64,000 bases of DNA from an uncultured Atribacterota bacterium (GTDB lineage Bacteria > Atribacterota > JALVIU01). The notes under the pieces were generated by a model, which was not told the origin of the DNA, did not search any database, and saw only the letters and a list, made by a program, of their open reading frames with translations. How positions within the stretch are numbered: position 1 is the first letter of the stretch; the number at the start of each line of letters is the position of its first letter. The translations under genes and the position numbers were made by a program. Positions 29,151 to 39,327 of the stretch are shown here, one piece after another. The DNA lies in assembly GCA_964462295.1 (NCBI GenBank), contig CAYWXH010000003.1, positions 9,653 to 73,652 on the forward strand. Reading direction: 5' to 3'.

Positions 29151-30001
29151 TATTTGGATTGGTTCTTAATACAAAGAAAGAGATAGCTATCGAGGTTGCA
29201 AAGAGGATAATAGAATTTCTTTTTCAAAGAGGTTATGAGGTTCTTATTGAAAAAAGAGATGATGAGCCTTGTATAGAGGATTTTAAGGATTTTTTCGTAT
29301 CAGATGATATTTTCTTGAAAAAAGTAGACCTTATTATAGTTTTGGGGGGAGATGGCACCTTTTTGCGGGCATCTAGAAAGGCTGTTTTTTATGATATACC
29401 TATATTAGGTGTAGACCTTGGAGGTCTTGGTTTTTTATCAGAGATAGGTAAGGAGCAGATAGAAGAGGGAATAGAAAGGTTTGTTAAAGGTAACTATTCT
29501 ATAGAAGAAAGGATGATGATAGAGGCCTCTATCTTTGAAAAAGATGAACTTATATTTTCATCTGTTGCCTTAAATGATGTAGTTTTGAATAAGTTCAGGA
29601 TTTCCCGTATAACCAAGTTTGTAACCAAGGTAAATGGTAAAGACCTTACTACTTATCCTGCAGATGGTATTATCATATCTACACCTACGGGTTCTACTGC
29701 CTATTCTCTATCTGCAGGGGGCCCTATAGTAGAGCCTTTGGCAGATGTACTTGTTGTAACTCCTATATGTGCACATACCCTCTATTCTCGTTCCCTTGTC
29801 ATACGGGGAGACAGAGAGATAGAGATTACACTTTTTGAACCGGAGGAAGATGTCCTTGTAACATACGATGGACAGAAGAGTCTTAAGATATCTTATAGAA
29901 ATAAAATTATAATAAAGAAATATAAAAAAAAGGTAAAAATAGTGAGATTCTATGGTGCTCACTTTTTTGATGTATTAAGAGAAAAATTGAGATGGGGTTA
30001 A
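29147..30001 (+). CDS. nadK: NAD+ kinase
   Basis: 284 aa. GGDGTFL and NDVV..TPTGSTAYSLSAGGPI motifs. Confidence 0.85.
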   Translation: MIFGLVLNTKKEIAIEVAKRIIEFLFQRGYEVLIEKRDDEPCIEDFKDFFVSDDIFLKKVDLIIVLGGDGTFLRASRKAVFYDIPILGVDLGGLGFLSEIGKEQIEEGIERFVKGNYSIEERMMIEASIFEKDELIFSSVALNDVVLNKFRISRITKFVTKVNGKDLTTYPADGIIISTPTGSTAYSLSAGGPIVEPLADVLVVTPICAHTLYSRSLVIRGDREIEITLFEPEEDVLVTYDGQKSLKISYRNKIIIKKYKKKVKIVRFYGAHFFDVLREKLRWG

Positions 30002-31653
30002 GAGAATTAACAATAAAAAATTTTGCACTTATTGAGTATATAGATGTGGAATTTGCTCCTGGGCTTAATGTGATAACAGGAGAGACTGGAGCAGGTAAGA
30101 CCCTTATTTTAAAGGCAATTGAATTTGCACTTGGGGCAAGGGCAGATGCAAGGTATATAAGGGATAAGGAGAGGGGAAGTGTTACCCTTCTTATAGATAT
30201 TCCAGGGCCATATGTGGAATCTTTGGGGCTTAGAGAAGGAGAAGAACTTATTGTCAAAAGAGAAATTGAACCTGGTGGACGGACAAAAATGTATATAAAT
30301 GGAGAACCTGTACCTCAGATGAAAACAAAGGAGGTCCTCTTTAATATATTTGAGTTTCATGGGCAATTTTCTAATATTGCCCTTTTTACAAAATCATATA
30401 TGACGAATTTGTATGACAATTTTTTAGGGGATAAGGTTTCAAAAATTAAAAAAGAATTGAAGGAGAATCTCTCTAGATTAAAGGTTCTAAAGGAAAAACT
30501 TAGAGAAAATACAAGTGAAAATCATGAAGAAGAGATTAAATACATAGAAGAGCAACTTAGGGAATTTGAGGCCTTAGGGATTACTCAAGATACAGAGGAT
30601 ACCCTGCGAGATGAAGAGAAACTGTTGAGAAATGCAAGAGAAATAGTAAAGAGTGTTACCTTTTCTTATGACCTATTGTATGGCAATGATACATCTGTAG
30701 GTTCTCTTTTGGCCCTTGTCAAGAGAGAACTTGGTCGTATATCTTCGTATTCTTCTGATATAAATAATATTATAGATAGAATAGATTCTTTGTCAATTGA
30801 AGTAGACGATATATCCCAAGAACTATATGATTTTAGGGAGAAAATAGAGATAGATGATGAAAGGTTGGAAAAAGTAGAAGAACTTCTCTCTCAAATTTAT
30901 TCATTTAAGAGAAAATACAGAATAAAAGATATGACAGATATAATATCTTATATGAATGATTTAAAGGAGAGACTTAAATCCTTATATGATAAAAAGAGAG
31001 AAATAAAGGAAATAGAGGAGGAGATAGATAATATAAAGTTTAAATTAAAATCATTAGCTGATAGATTGACGACATTCCGGTTAGAAAAGATAAAGGATAT
31101 AGAAAAAAAGATAGAAGAGAATATAAAAGAATTGGGTATGCCATATGCTAAATTTACAATATCTATGGTACCAAGCAAGAGAGGAGAAGAGATTTTAACA
31201 GATAAGGGGGTTATATATATTAATGAAAATGGAAAAGAGGAGATAGAGTTTTTGTTCTCTGCAAATCCTGACAAAAGCCCAGATTCCCTTTCTAAGGTAG
31301 CATCTGGGGGAGAGCTATCCCGTGTTATGCTTGCGATAAAGTCTGTACTTTTCCGAAGGGATAGCATGGAAAAGGTACTTTTATTTGATGAAATAGACCA
31401 GGGGATAGGAGAGAGGTTAGGAGATGTTGTTGGGGAAAAATTGAAGGAGCTTTCTCGGTTTAATCAGCTTATAGTAGTTACTCATCTTTCTCAAATAGCA
31501 AAAAAGGCGGATAATCACATATTTATTAGTAAATCATTTTTAGATGGAAAAACAAATGTTTTTGCCAGGTTAATTCAAGGGGAAGAGAGGAATAAAGAAC
31601 TTTTGCGTATGATTGGTGGAGAAGGCCATATAAGGACATTAAGGAGGGAATAA
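29992..31653 (+). CDS. recN: DNA repair protein RecN
   Basis: 553 aa. N-terminal Walker A GETGAGKT, long coiled coil, C-terminal signature and Walker B (LLFDEIDQGIG). 10-nt overlap with nadK. Confidence 0.85.
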   Translation: MGLRELTIKNFALIEYIDVEFAPGLNVITGETGAGKTLILKAIEFALGARADARYIRDKERGSVTLLIDIPGPYVESLGLREGEELIVKREIEPGGRTKMYINGEPVPQMKTKEVLFNIFEFHGQFSNIALFTKSYMTNLYDNFLGDKVSKIKKELKENLSRLKVLKEKLRENTSENHEEEIKYIEEQLREFEALGITQDTEDTLRDEEKLLRNAREIVKSVTFSYDLLYGNDTSVGSLLALVKRELGRISSYSSDINNIIDRIDSLSIEVDDISQELYDFREKIEIDDERLEKVEELLSQIYSFKRKYRIKDMTDIISYMNDLKERLKSLYDKKREIKEIEEEIDNIKFKLKSLADRLTTFRLEKIKDIEKKIEENIKELGMPYAKFTISMVPSKRGEEILTDKGVIYINENGKEEIEFLFSANPDKSPDSLSKVASGGELSRVMLAIKSVLFRRDSMEKVLLFDEIDQGIGERLGDVVGEKLKELSRFNQLIVVTHLSQIAKKADNHIFISKSFLDGKTNVFARLIQGEERNKELLRMIGGEGHIRTLRRE

Positions 31654-31658
31654 CAACT

Positions 31659-32723
31659 ATGTATAAGGTATTAGTTATAAATCCAGGAGCGACTTCAACA
31701 AAAATAGCTGTATATGAAGATGAAAAAGAGATATTTTCTAAAACTATATACCATTCTACAGAGGAAATCTCTAAATTTAATAAGGTTAGTGAACAGTATG
31801 AGTTTAGAAAAAATACGATATTGAACGCATTGGAGGAGGCAGGTTTCCCTATTGATAGTTTTTCTGCCATAGTAGGACGAGGTGGACTTCTTAAACCCCT
31901 CTCTGGAGGAACGTATCTTGTAAATGATAAGATGGTAGAGGACCTTATAGAGAGGCCCAGGGCAGAACATGCATCAAATTTGGGTGCATTAATTGCCAAA
32001 GATATAGCATCATCTATAGGTGTCCCTGCATATATCGTAGACCCTGTTTGTGTAGATGAGTTTGAGCCGATTGCAAGGATTTCGGGTCTCCCTGAGATAG
32101 AAAGAGAGAGCCTTTCACATGCATTGAATTTAAAGGCTATGGCAAAAAGGTATGCAAAGGAGATAGGTAAAAACTATGAAGAATTAAACCTTGTAGTTGT
32201 ACATCTTGGGTCTGGTATATCCGTAAGCGCACATAGAAATGGTCGCATGATAGATGTAAATGATGCAAGTTCGGAGGGACCATTTGCCCCTGAGCGTTCG
32301 GGAAGTGTTCCCGAACGTGCCCTTGTGAAACTTTGTTATTCTGGTAAGTATACAGCGAAACAGATGGAGAAAAAGATATTTGGAGAAGGTGGTATGTATG
32401 CATATCTTGGAACTCGTGATGCCCGAGAGGTAGAAAAAATGATAGAAGAAGGCAATGAGCAGGCCAAACTTATATATGAGGCTATGGCATATCAGGTTGC
32501 AAAAGAGATAGGGGCAGTATCTACTGTGTTGAAAGGCAAGATAGATGCTATAATAATAGGAGGGGCCCTTGCATATTCTTCTATGTTTACTTCATGGATA
32601 AAGGAAAGGGTTTCATTTATATCAAAGATAGTTCTCTATCCAGGAAGTGATGAGATGAAGGCACTTGCCCTTGGGGCATTGAGAGTCTTAAGAGGAGAAG
32701 AAGAACCTAATATATACAAGTAG
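31659..32723 (+). CDS. buk: Butyrate (branched-chain fatty acid) kinase
   Basis: 354 aa. MYKVLVINPGATSTKIAVYED. Acetate/butyrate kinase (ASKHA) fold motifs VVHLGSGISVSAH. Confidence 0.85.
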   Translation: MYKVLVINPGATSTKIAVYEDEKEIFSKTIYHSTEEISKFNKVSEQYEFRKNTILNALEEAGFPIDSFSAIVGRGGLLKPLSGGTYLVNDKMVEDLIERPRAEHASNLGALIAKDIASSIGVPAYIVDPVCVDEFEPIARISGLPEIERESLSHALNLKAMAKRYAKEIGKNYEELNLVVVHLGSGISVSAHRNGRMIDVNDASSEGPFAPERSGSVPERALVKLCYSGKYTAKQMEKKIFGEGGMYAYLGTRDAREVEKMIEEGNEQAKLIYEAMAYQVAKEIGAVSTVLKGKIDAIIIGGALAYSSMFTSWIKERVSFISKIVLYPGSDEMKALALGALRVLRGEEEPNIYK

Positions 32724-32741
32724 ATAAAAAGGAGGCGTAAG

Positions 32742-33938
32742 ATGGGATTTGAGAAATTTTTTTCTGAAAGGGCAAAAAAGGTTAAGGCATCAGCTATAAG
32801 AGAGCTTTTAAAGTTGGTTAACAATCCTGAGATTATATCTCTTGCAGGAGGACTTCCTGATCCTGCTACCTTTCCTAAGGAAGAGGTAAAAAAGATTTCA
32901 CAAGAAGTTGTAGATAAATATGGAGACAAGGCCCTACAATACGGTATTACCGAGGGTATCCCTGAACTTAGGGCATGGTTAGGAAAGAATTTTTCTGGAA
33001 AAGAAGTAGGGGCAGAAAATGTAATAATAACTAGTGCTTCTCAACAGGGGTTAGAACTTGTGGGAAAGGCCTTTATTGATCCAGATGACCCTATAATTGT
33101 AGAACTTCCAAGCTATCTTGGGGCTATTTCTGCATTTAAACTTTACGATGCTCGTTTTGTAGGTGTTACTTTAGATGATGAGGGATTAAAGATAGATGAG
33201 TTGAAACAAAAATTGGTAGAACTTAAAAAAGAAGGGAAGAGCCCTAAGTTTGTATATACAGTTTCTAATTTTCACAACCCTGCAGGGGTAACACTTTCTC
33301 TTGAGAGAAGAAAAGAGCTTTTAACCCTTGCAAATGAAAATGATTTCCTTATTGTCGAAGATGACCCTTATCATTTTATAAACTTTAGTAATGAGAATAT
33401 ACCTTCTATCTATTCCCTTGATAAAGAGGATAGAGTACTTCTTTTAGGAACATTTTCTAAAATTCTTACACCTGGATTTAGGTTAGGGTGGATATTTGGA
33501 CCAGAGGAGGCGCTTCAGAAGATAGTACAAATAAAACAGGCAACAGATCTCTGTACAAATACCTTTGTTCAATATATCGCATACGAATATGCAGAAAGTG
33601 GAGCCCTTGAGGCACACTTTGAGCATATTGTAAAGATTTACAAAGAAAAAAGGGATGTAATGCTTGAATCCCTTGATAAGTATTTCCCCAAAGAAGTTAA
33701 ATGGACTCATCCAGAGGGTGGTTTCTTTGTGTTCGCATACCTCCCTGAATACATAAATACAGATGAGATGTTTTATGACGCAATAGAGGAAAAAGTGGCA
33801 TATGTTATAGGCTCTGCCTTTTATCCAGATGGATCAGGTACAAATACTATGAGACTCTCTTTCTGTTATCCTTCAAAAGAGCAGATAGAAGAGGGGATAA
33901 AGAGACTTGGGAATGTTATAAAGAAGAAATTGAGGTGA
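32742..33938 (+). CDS. PLP-dependent aminotransferase, class I/II
   Basis: 398 aa with fold-type I motifs (NPAG, SFSKIL..PGFRLGW with the Lys). Position between buk and ptb suggests an amino acid:2-oxoacid transaminase. Confidence 0.7.
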   Translation: MGFEKFFSERAKKVKASAIRELLKLVNNPEIISLAGGLPDPATFPKEEVKKISQEVVDKYGDKALQYGITEGIPELRAWLGKNFSGKEVGAENVIITSASQQGLELVGKAFIDPDDPIIVELPSYLGAISAFKLYDARFVGVTLDDEGLKIDELKQKLVELKKEGKSPKFVYTVSNFHNPAGVTLSLERRKELLTLANENDFLIVEDDPYHFINFSNENIPSIYSLDKEDRVLLLGTFSKILTPGFRLGWIFGPEEALQKIVQIKQATDLCTNTFVQYIAYEYAESGALEAHFEHIVKIYKEKRDVMLESLDKYFPKEVKWTHPEGGFFVFAYLPEYINTDEMFYDAIEEKVAYVIGSAFYPDGSGTNTMRLSFCYPSKEQIEEGIKRLGNVIKKKLR

Positions 33939-33947
33939 TGAACTGTT

Positions 33948-34862
33948 ATGGTAAAAACTATAGGAGAAATAATTCAGCAAGTTAAGGCTTTACCTACAAA
34001 GAAAATTACTATAGCAGGTGCAGAATCTGAAGAGGTTCTGAAAAGTGCTGATGAGGCCTTAAGAGAAGGTATAGCAGACCCTATACTTGTAGGAAATAGA
34101 GAAAAAATATACGATGTAGCGAAGAGATGCAATGTAGGTTTAGGAACATTTTCTATTGTGGATGCAGAAGATGAAGTAGATGCGGCGAAAAAGGCAGTAG
34201 AACTTGTTGTAAAGGGAAATGCTGAGGTTGTGGTAAAAGGTATTGTAAAGACACCTGTTATATTGAAAGCAGTACTTGACAAAGAATATGGCCTGCGTAC
34301 AGATAGGCTCCTCACTCACGTATTTCTTATTGAAATAGAGGGATTTGATAGATTACTTATAGTAACAGATGGAGGGATTATTATCTCTCCTACCCTTGAA
34401 GAGAAGATACACATCGTTCAAAATGCCATAGATTTTGCACGCGCTATAGGAATTGAGGAGCCAAAAGTAGCCCTTTTAGGAGCTATAGAACTTGTAAATC
34501 CTAAGATGCCAGAGTCTATCGAGGCAGCAGCTATTTCAAAGATGGCGGAAAGGGGACAGATAAAGGGTGGTATCGTTGATGGTCCTCTTGCATTGGATAA
34601 TGCAATATCTGAGGAATCTGCTCGAATCAAAGGGATAAAAAGTCCTATAGCAGGAAAGGCCGATATATTGGTAGTGCCTGATATAAGGTCTGGGAATATT
34701 TTTGGGAAATCTTTGATGTATTTTTCTAAGATAAAATCAGCTGGTCTTGTGGTAGGGGCAAGGGCACCTGTTGTACTTACATCTCGTTCAGATTCGGCCG
34801 AGAATAGGCTAAATTCTATTGCAATTGGTATGCTTATGGCTAAGAATATGAAAAGAGGCTAG
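33948..34862 (+). CDS. ptb: Phosphate butyryltransferase / phosphate acyltransferase
   Basis: 304 aa. Phosphate acetyl/butyryl transferase family motifs (GAESEEVL, SGNIFGK..AGLVVGARAPVVLTSRSDS). Confidence 0.8.
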   Translation: MVKTIGEIIQQVKALPTKKITIAGAESEEVLKSADEALREGIADPILVGNREKIYDVAKRCNVGLGTFSIVDAEDEVDAAKKAVELVVKGNAEVVVKGIVKTPVILKAVLDKEYGLRTDRLLTHVFLIEIEGFDRLLIVTDGGIIISPTLEEKIHIVQNAIDFARAIGIEEPKVALLGAIELVNPKMPESIEAAAISKMAERGQIKGGIVDGPLALDNAISEESARIKGIKSPIAGKADILVVPDIRSGNIFGKSLMYFSKIKSAGLVVGARAPVVLTSRSDSAENRLNSIAIGMLMAKNMKRG

Positions 34863-34865
34863 GAT

Positions 34866-35534
34866 ATGAAAGATCTTACTATATTTACAGGGGCTTTTGG
34901 AAGTGGAAAAACGGAGATATCTATAAATTATGCTATAAATTTTGCAAAAGAATATAATGTAGCTCTTATAGATTTAGATATTGTAAATCCCTATTTTAGG
35001 TCAAGAACTAAAAGAGAAGTAATGGAGGAAAGAGGAGTTAAAGTAATAGCTCCCGAAGGTGGATTAAGTTATGTGGATGTACCTATAGTGCTCCCTCAGG
35101 TAAAAGGTTTTATAGAAAATAAAGATTTTAAGGTAGTTTTAGATATAGGAGGAGAAAAGGTAGGCGCAAAAGTACTTGGAAGCCTTAAACCTTCTGTAGA
35201 GAGTAGAGATTATGAGCTTTTATTTGTTGTAAATACATATAGGCCTTTTACCTCAAGTGTAGATGAAATCCTTTCGATGGCAAAGGAGATAGAGGGGGCA
35301 GCTCGATTGCGATTTACCGGGGTTGTAGCAAATCCAAATCTTGGGTATGAAACTACAAGAGAGGATATTTTAAAAGGTTTTGAGATTATACGGGAAGCCT
35401 CAAGGAAATTGGGGCTTCCCGTTAAATTTTTGGTAGTAGGGGATGACTTTTTAAAAGAGATAGAAAAAGAAGATTTAGGACTTTCTATCTTTCCTATAAA
35501 AAGATATCTTAGATTGCCATTTCTCGATTATTAA
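34866..35534 (+). CDS. Uncharacterised P-loop NTPase
   Basis: 222 aa. Walker A GAFGSGKTE. Possible Walker B LIDLDIVNP. Family not recognised. 3-nt gap after ptb and 11 nt before the ferredoxin subunit gene. Confidence 0.35.
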   Translation: MKDLTIFTGAFGSGKTEISINYAINFAKEYNVALIDLDIVNPYFRSRTKREVMEERGVKVIAPEGGLSYVDVPIVLPQVKGFIENKDFKVVLDIGGEKVGAKVLGSLKPSVESRDYELLFVVNTYRPFTSSVDEILSMAKEIEGAARLRFTGVVANPNLGYETTREDILKGFEIIREASRKLGLPVKFLVVGDDFLKEIEKEDLGLSIFPIKRYLRLPFLDY

Positions 35535-35545
35535 AGGAGGCTAAT

Positions 35546-35782
35546 ATGGCTGCGTTAAAAGGTTATATTGTAATTGATGAAGAGATATGCAAAGGTTGTG
35601 GGCTATGTACTACTGCATGCCCTGTACATATCATAGAACTTGCAGATTACTTTAATTCTCATGGCTATCATCCTGCAGTCCTTAAGGAACCAGATAAATG
35701 CACAGGGTGTACTATGTGTGCACTTATCTGTCCAGATGTAGCAATTGAAGTTTACAGAGAACCTATAAAGAAGGGGGTGTAA
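35546..35782 (+). CDS. 2-oxoacid:ferredoxin oxidoreductase delta subunit (2x[4Fe-4S] ferredoxin)
   Basis: 78 aa. Two CxxCxxCxxxCP motifs (CKGCGLCTTACP, CTGCTMCALICP). Confidence 0.75.
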   Translation: MAALKGYIVIDEEICKGCGLCTTACPVHIIELADYFNSHGYHPAVLKEPDKCTGCTMCALICPDVAIEVYREPIKKGV

Positions 35783-35786
35783 TATT

Positions 35787-36836
35787 ATGGGGAAAGTAAT
35801 GATGAAAGGTAATGAGGCTATTGGGGAAGCTGCTATAATGGCAGGCTGTACCCACTATTTTGGATATCCCATTACCCCTCAAAGTGAGCTTACTGCATAT
35901 ATGGCGAGAATGCTTCCGAAGAAAGGAGGAGTATTTTTACAAAGTGAGAGTGAAGTAGCAGCAATCAATATGCTTTATGGAGCAGGTGCTGCTGGTGCAA
36001 GGGTAATGACTTCTTCCTCTGGACCAGGTATATCTTTGATGTCAGAAGGTATATCATATATAGCATGTTCTGAAATACCCGTGGTACTTGTAAATATTCA
36101 AAGAGGTGGACCAGGCTTAGGAACAATTCAACCTGCACAGAGTGATTATCTTCAGGCTACAAAGGGAGGAGGACATGGAGATTATCACCTTATAGTACTT
36201 GCACCATCTTCTGTTCAAGAACTTGTTGACCTAACACAAAAGGCCTTTGATCTTGCGGATAAATACAGAAATCCAGTTATGGTATTGGGAGATGGTCTAT
36301 TAGGTCAGATGATGGAGCCTGTGGAAATAAAAGAGATAAAACCTAAACATTATGATAAATCATGGGCATTGACAGGGGCAAAGGGTAGAGCTCCACACAG
36401 GATTACATCGTTTGATATTGACCCATATAAGTTAGAAGAAGTTGTATGGAAACTCAAAAAGAAGTATGAAGAGATAGAAAAGAATGAGATAATGTACGAA
36501 GAGGTAGATACAGAGGATGCAGAAATTTTAATAATGGCCTTTGGTAGTGTAGGTAGGATCTCTAAAACTGTTATAAGAGAGTTAAGGGACGAAGGTATTA
36601 AGGTAGGCCTATTAAGACCTATTACACTTTGGCCTTTCCCTTCTGAAAAGGTCTACGAAGTTGCATCTCGAATTGGAAAGGTATTGGTTTCGGAAATGAA
36701 TGCAGGACAAATGGTAGAAGATGTAGAAAAGGCCGTAAAAGGAAAGGCAGATATTCATTTTTATGGGAGACCAGGTGGTGTAGTTATTACACCAAAGGAG
36801 TTAGAAGAAGAGATTAAAAGGATTCTGGGGAGGTAG
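35787..36836 (+). CDS. 2-oxoacid:ferredoxin oxidoreductase alpha subunit, likely the VorB-type subunit of 2-ketoisovalerate:ferredoxin oxidoreductase
   Basis: 349 aa. Pyruvate-flavodoxin/ferredoxin oxidoreductase domain I/II similarity. VOR specificity is inferred from the buk/ptb context. Confidence 0.75.
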   Translation: MGKVMMKGNEAIGEAAIMAGCTHYFGYPITPQSELTAYMARMLPKKGGVFLQSESEVAAINMLYGAGAAGARVMTSSSGPGISLMSEGISYIACSEIPVVLVNIQRGGPGLGTIQPAQSDYLQATKGGGHGDYHLIVLAPSSVQELVDLTQKAFDLADKYRNPVMVLGDGLLGQMMEPVEIKEIKPKHYDKSWALTGAKGRAPHRITSFDIDPYKLEEVVWKLKKKYEEIEKNEIMYEEVDTEDAEILIMAFGSVGRISKTVIRELRDEGIKVGLLRPITLWPFPSEKVYEVASRIGKVLVSEMNAGQMVEDVEKAVKGKADIHFYGRPGGVVITPKELEEEIKRILGR

Positions 36837-36838
36837 CC

Positions 36839-37633
36839 ATGTCAGAGAAAAAGATAAATATTCCCGAGGGAATGGAAAAGGTTTTTACTCGTACAAAAGG
36901 GCTTACAGATATGCCATTTACATATTGCCCCGGATGTCATCACGGAATTGCCCATAGACTTGTTGGAGAGGCATTGGAAGAGCTTGGAGTAATTGAGGAT
37001 ACTATAGGAGTTGCCCCTGTGGGATGCTCTGTATTTGCCTATCTATTTTTTAATGTAGATACCATTGTTGCTCCACATGGTAGAGCCCCAGCTCTTGCCA
37101 CAGGGATAAAAAGGGTTCATCCAGATAAGGTAGTTTTTACATACCAAGGAGATGGGGACCTTGCAGCAATCGGTACCGCAGAAATAGTACATGCGGCAAA
37201 TAGAGGAGAAAATATAACAGTAATTTTTATAAATAATGCAATTTATGGTATGACAGGGGGGCAAATGGCCCCGACCACTTTAATAGGTCAAGTTACTGAA
37301 ACAAGCCCTTACGGAAGGGACCCGAAGGTGGCAGGCTATCCCATAAGAATATCAGAAATGCTTGCCCAATTAGAAGGTAGTTACTATATAGCAAGGGTTG
37401 CCCTTAATAATGGGGCGAATATATTGAAAGCGAAAAAATCAATACTAAAGGCATTTAAAAATCAGATAGAAGGAAAGGGATTTTCTCTTATTGAAGTGCT
37501 TTCTACTTGTCCTACTAATTGGGGTGTTACACCAATTGAGGCAAATAATTGGATAAAGGAGAAGATGATCCCTGTTTATCCTTTAGGGGTATTTAAGGAT
37601 AAAGATAAAGAGGAAGGTGAAAACAATGCATGA
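36839..37633 (+). CDS. 2-oxoacid:ferredoxin oxidoreductase beta subunit (TPP-binding)
   Basis: 264 aa. CPGCHHG and GDGD..AIG TPP motif. Confidence 0.8.
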   Translation: MSEKKINIPEGMEKVFTRTKGLTDMPFTYCPGCHHGIAHRLVGEALEELGVIEDTIGVAPVGCSVFAYLFFNVDTIVAPHGRAPALATGIKRVHPDKVVFTYQGDGDLAAIGTAEIVHAANRGENITVIFINNAIYGMTGGQMAPTTLIGQVTETSPYGRDPKVAGYPIRISEMLAQLEGSYYIARVALNNGANILKAKKSILKAFKNQIEGKGFSLIEVLSTCPTNWGVTPIEANNWIKEKMIPVYPLGVFKDKDKEEGENNA

Positions 37634-38162
37634 GGAGATAATAATCGCAGGCTTTGGTGGACAAGGAGTCATGTCTATGGGAAGGCTTCTTGCATATATC
37701 GGCATGCTTGAGGGAAAAAGTGTTTCTTGGTATCCTTCCTATGGACCGGAAATGAGGGGTGGTACAGCTAACTGTACAGTAATTATCTCTTCTGACCTTA
37801 TAGGATCACCTGTTACATCTACACCTACTACTGCTATAGTGATGAACAGACCTTCCCTTGATAAATTTGAACCTATGGTAAAAAAAGGAGGATACTTATT
37901 TATAAATAGCTCTCTTATAGATAAAAAGGCAGAGAGGACTGATATAAAAGTATATGAGGTCCCTGCAAATGATATAGCAGAAGAAATAGGAAATCCAAAA
38001 GTGGCAAATATGGTAATGATAGGTGCATATATAGGAGTTACAGGAATTTTTCCAAAAGATAGAGCAATCGAGGCTATGAGAAGCAGCTTAAAAAAGGCAG
38101 GTGAAGATATTCTTTTGCTAAATAAAGAAGCTATAGAAAGGGGTTATAATTTATTCAAATGA
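37617..38162 (+). CDS. 2-oxoacid:ferredoxin oxidoreductase gamma subunit
   Basis: 181 aa. IIIAGFGGQGVMSMGRLL typical of the gamma subunit. 17-nt overlap with the beta subunit gene. Confidence 0.75.
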   Translation: MKTMHEEIIIAGFGGQGVMSMGRLLAYIGMLEGKSVSWYPSYGPEMRGGTANCTVIISSDLIGSPVTSTPTTAIVMNRPSLDKFEPMVKKGGYLFINSSLIDKKAERTDIKVYEVPANDIAEEIGNPKVANMVMIGAYIGVTGIFPKDRAIEAMRSSLKKAGEDILLLNKEAIERGYNLFK

Positions 38163-39289
38163 GGGTACCTATTTTTACACCAAAGAGGCAATATAAAATA
38201 CTTAAGGAAGAAATAGATAAGGCTATATTTTCAGTTTTGGAAAGTGGCATATTTATATTAGGTGAAAATGTAAAGAATTTTGAAAGGGAGGTAGCAGATT
38301 ATTTAGGATCAAGATTTGCTATAGGAGTCTCTTCAGGGACATCTGCCTTACTCATATCTCTTAGGGCTTTTAACTTAAAAAAGGATGATCTAGTAATTAC
38401 TACACCTTTTACCTTTTTTGCAACAGCAGAGGAGATAATAAATGCAGGAGGAACCCCTATTTTTGCAGATATAGAGGAGGAAGACTTCTCCCTTTCTCCA
38501 GAGAAGACAGAGGATATCTTAAAAAAACATAAGGGCAAAATAAAGGTGATACTGCCTGTGCATCTTTTTGGAAAATGTGCAAATATGGAGGATTTCTTTT
38601 TCCTTTCAAAAAAGTATAGAGTACATATAGTGGAAGATGCTGCGCAAATAATCGGGTCAATATGTAAAGTAGATGGGGAAGAGAAAAAAGGGGGAACCAT
38701 TGGTGATTTCGGTGCATTTAGTTTTTTCCCTACAAAAAATCTTGGGGCCTATGGTGATGGAGGACTAATTGTTACAAATAATGAAAAACTTTATGAAATG
38801 GCAAATATGATTCGTTCACATGGTTCTAAAAAGAGATATTATCACGAAATCGTAGGAACAAATAGTAGATTGGATGAAATACAGGCAGCAATACTTAGGG
38901 TAAAATTAAAATATCTTGATTCTTTTAATAAAAAGAGAGTAGAGATTGCAAAATATTATAATGATAAAATAAAAGCACTTGATTTACCGATAAAAACACC
39001 TCATGTACCTGATGATGGCTCCCATATTTTTCATCAGTATGTTATAAAAACAGAAAAAAGGGATGAACTTAGTAGATTTTTAAATGAACATGGAGTAGGA
39101 AATGCTATTTACTATCCTGTACCCCTTCACTTTCAGAAGGCGCTTCTATATCTTGGTTATAAACCTGGTGACTTTCCTGTGGCTGAGAAGGTATCGAAAG
39201 AGGTAATAGCACTTCCTATTTTTCCTGAACTAAAAAGAGAGGAATTGGATTATGTAATAGAGATATTAGAAAAATTTTATAAGGGATAG
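38159..39289 (+). CDS. DegT/DnrJ/EryC1/StrS-family PLP-dependent aminotransferase (sugar aminotransferase-like)
   Basis: 376 aa with family motifs (FSFFPTKNLGAYGDGG, active-site Lys). ATGA overlap with the gamma subunit gene. Confidence 0.75.
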   Translation: MRVPIFTPKRQYKILKEEIDKAIFSVLESGIFILGENVKNFEREVADYLGSRFAIGVSSGTSALLISLRAFNLKKDDLVITTPFTFFATAEEIINAGGTPIFADIEEEDFSLSPEKTEDILKKHKGKIKVILPVHLFGKCANMEDFFFLSKKYRVHIVEDAAQIIGSICKVDGEEKKGGTIGDFGAFSFFPTKNLGAYGDGGLIVTNNEKLYEMANMIRSHGSKKRYYHEIVGTNSRLDEIQAAILRVKLKYLDSFNKKRVEIAKYYNDKIKALDLPIKTPHVPDDGSHIFHQYVIKTEKRDELSRFLNEHGVGNAIYYPVPLHFQKALLYLGYKPGDFPVAEKVSKEVIALPIFPELKREELDYVIEILEKFYKG

Positions 39290-39327
39290 GGGGTCCCCTA
39301 TCCCTTATAAAAGGAGGATGATAAAGT

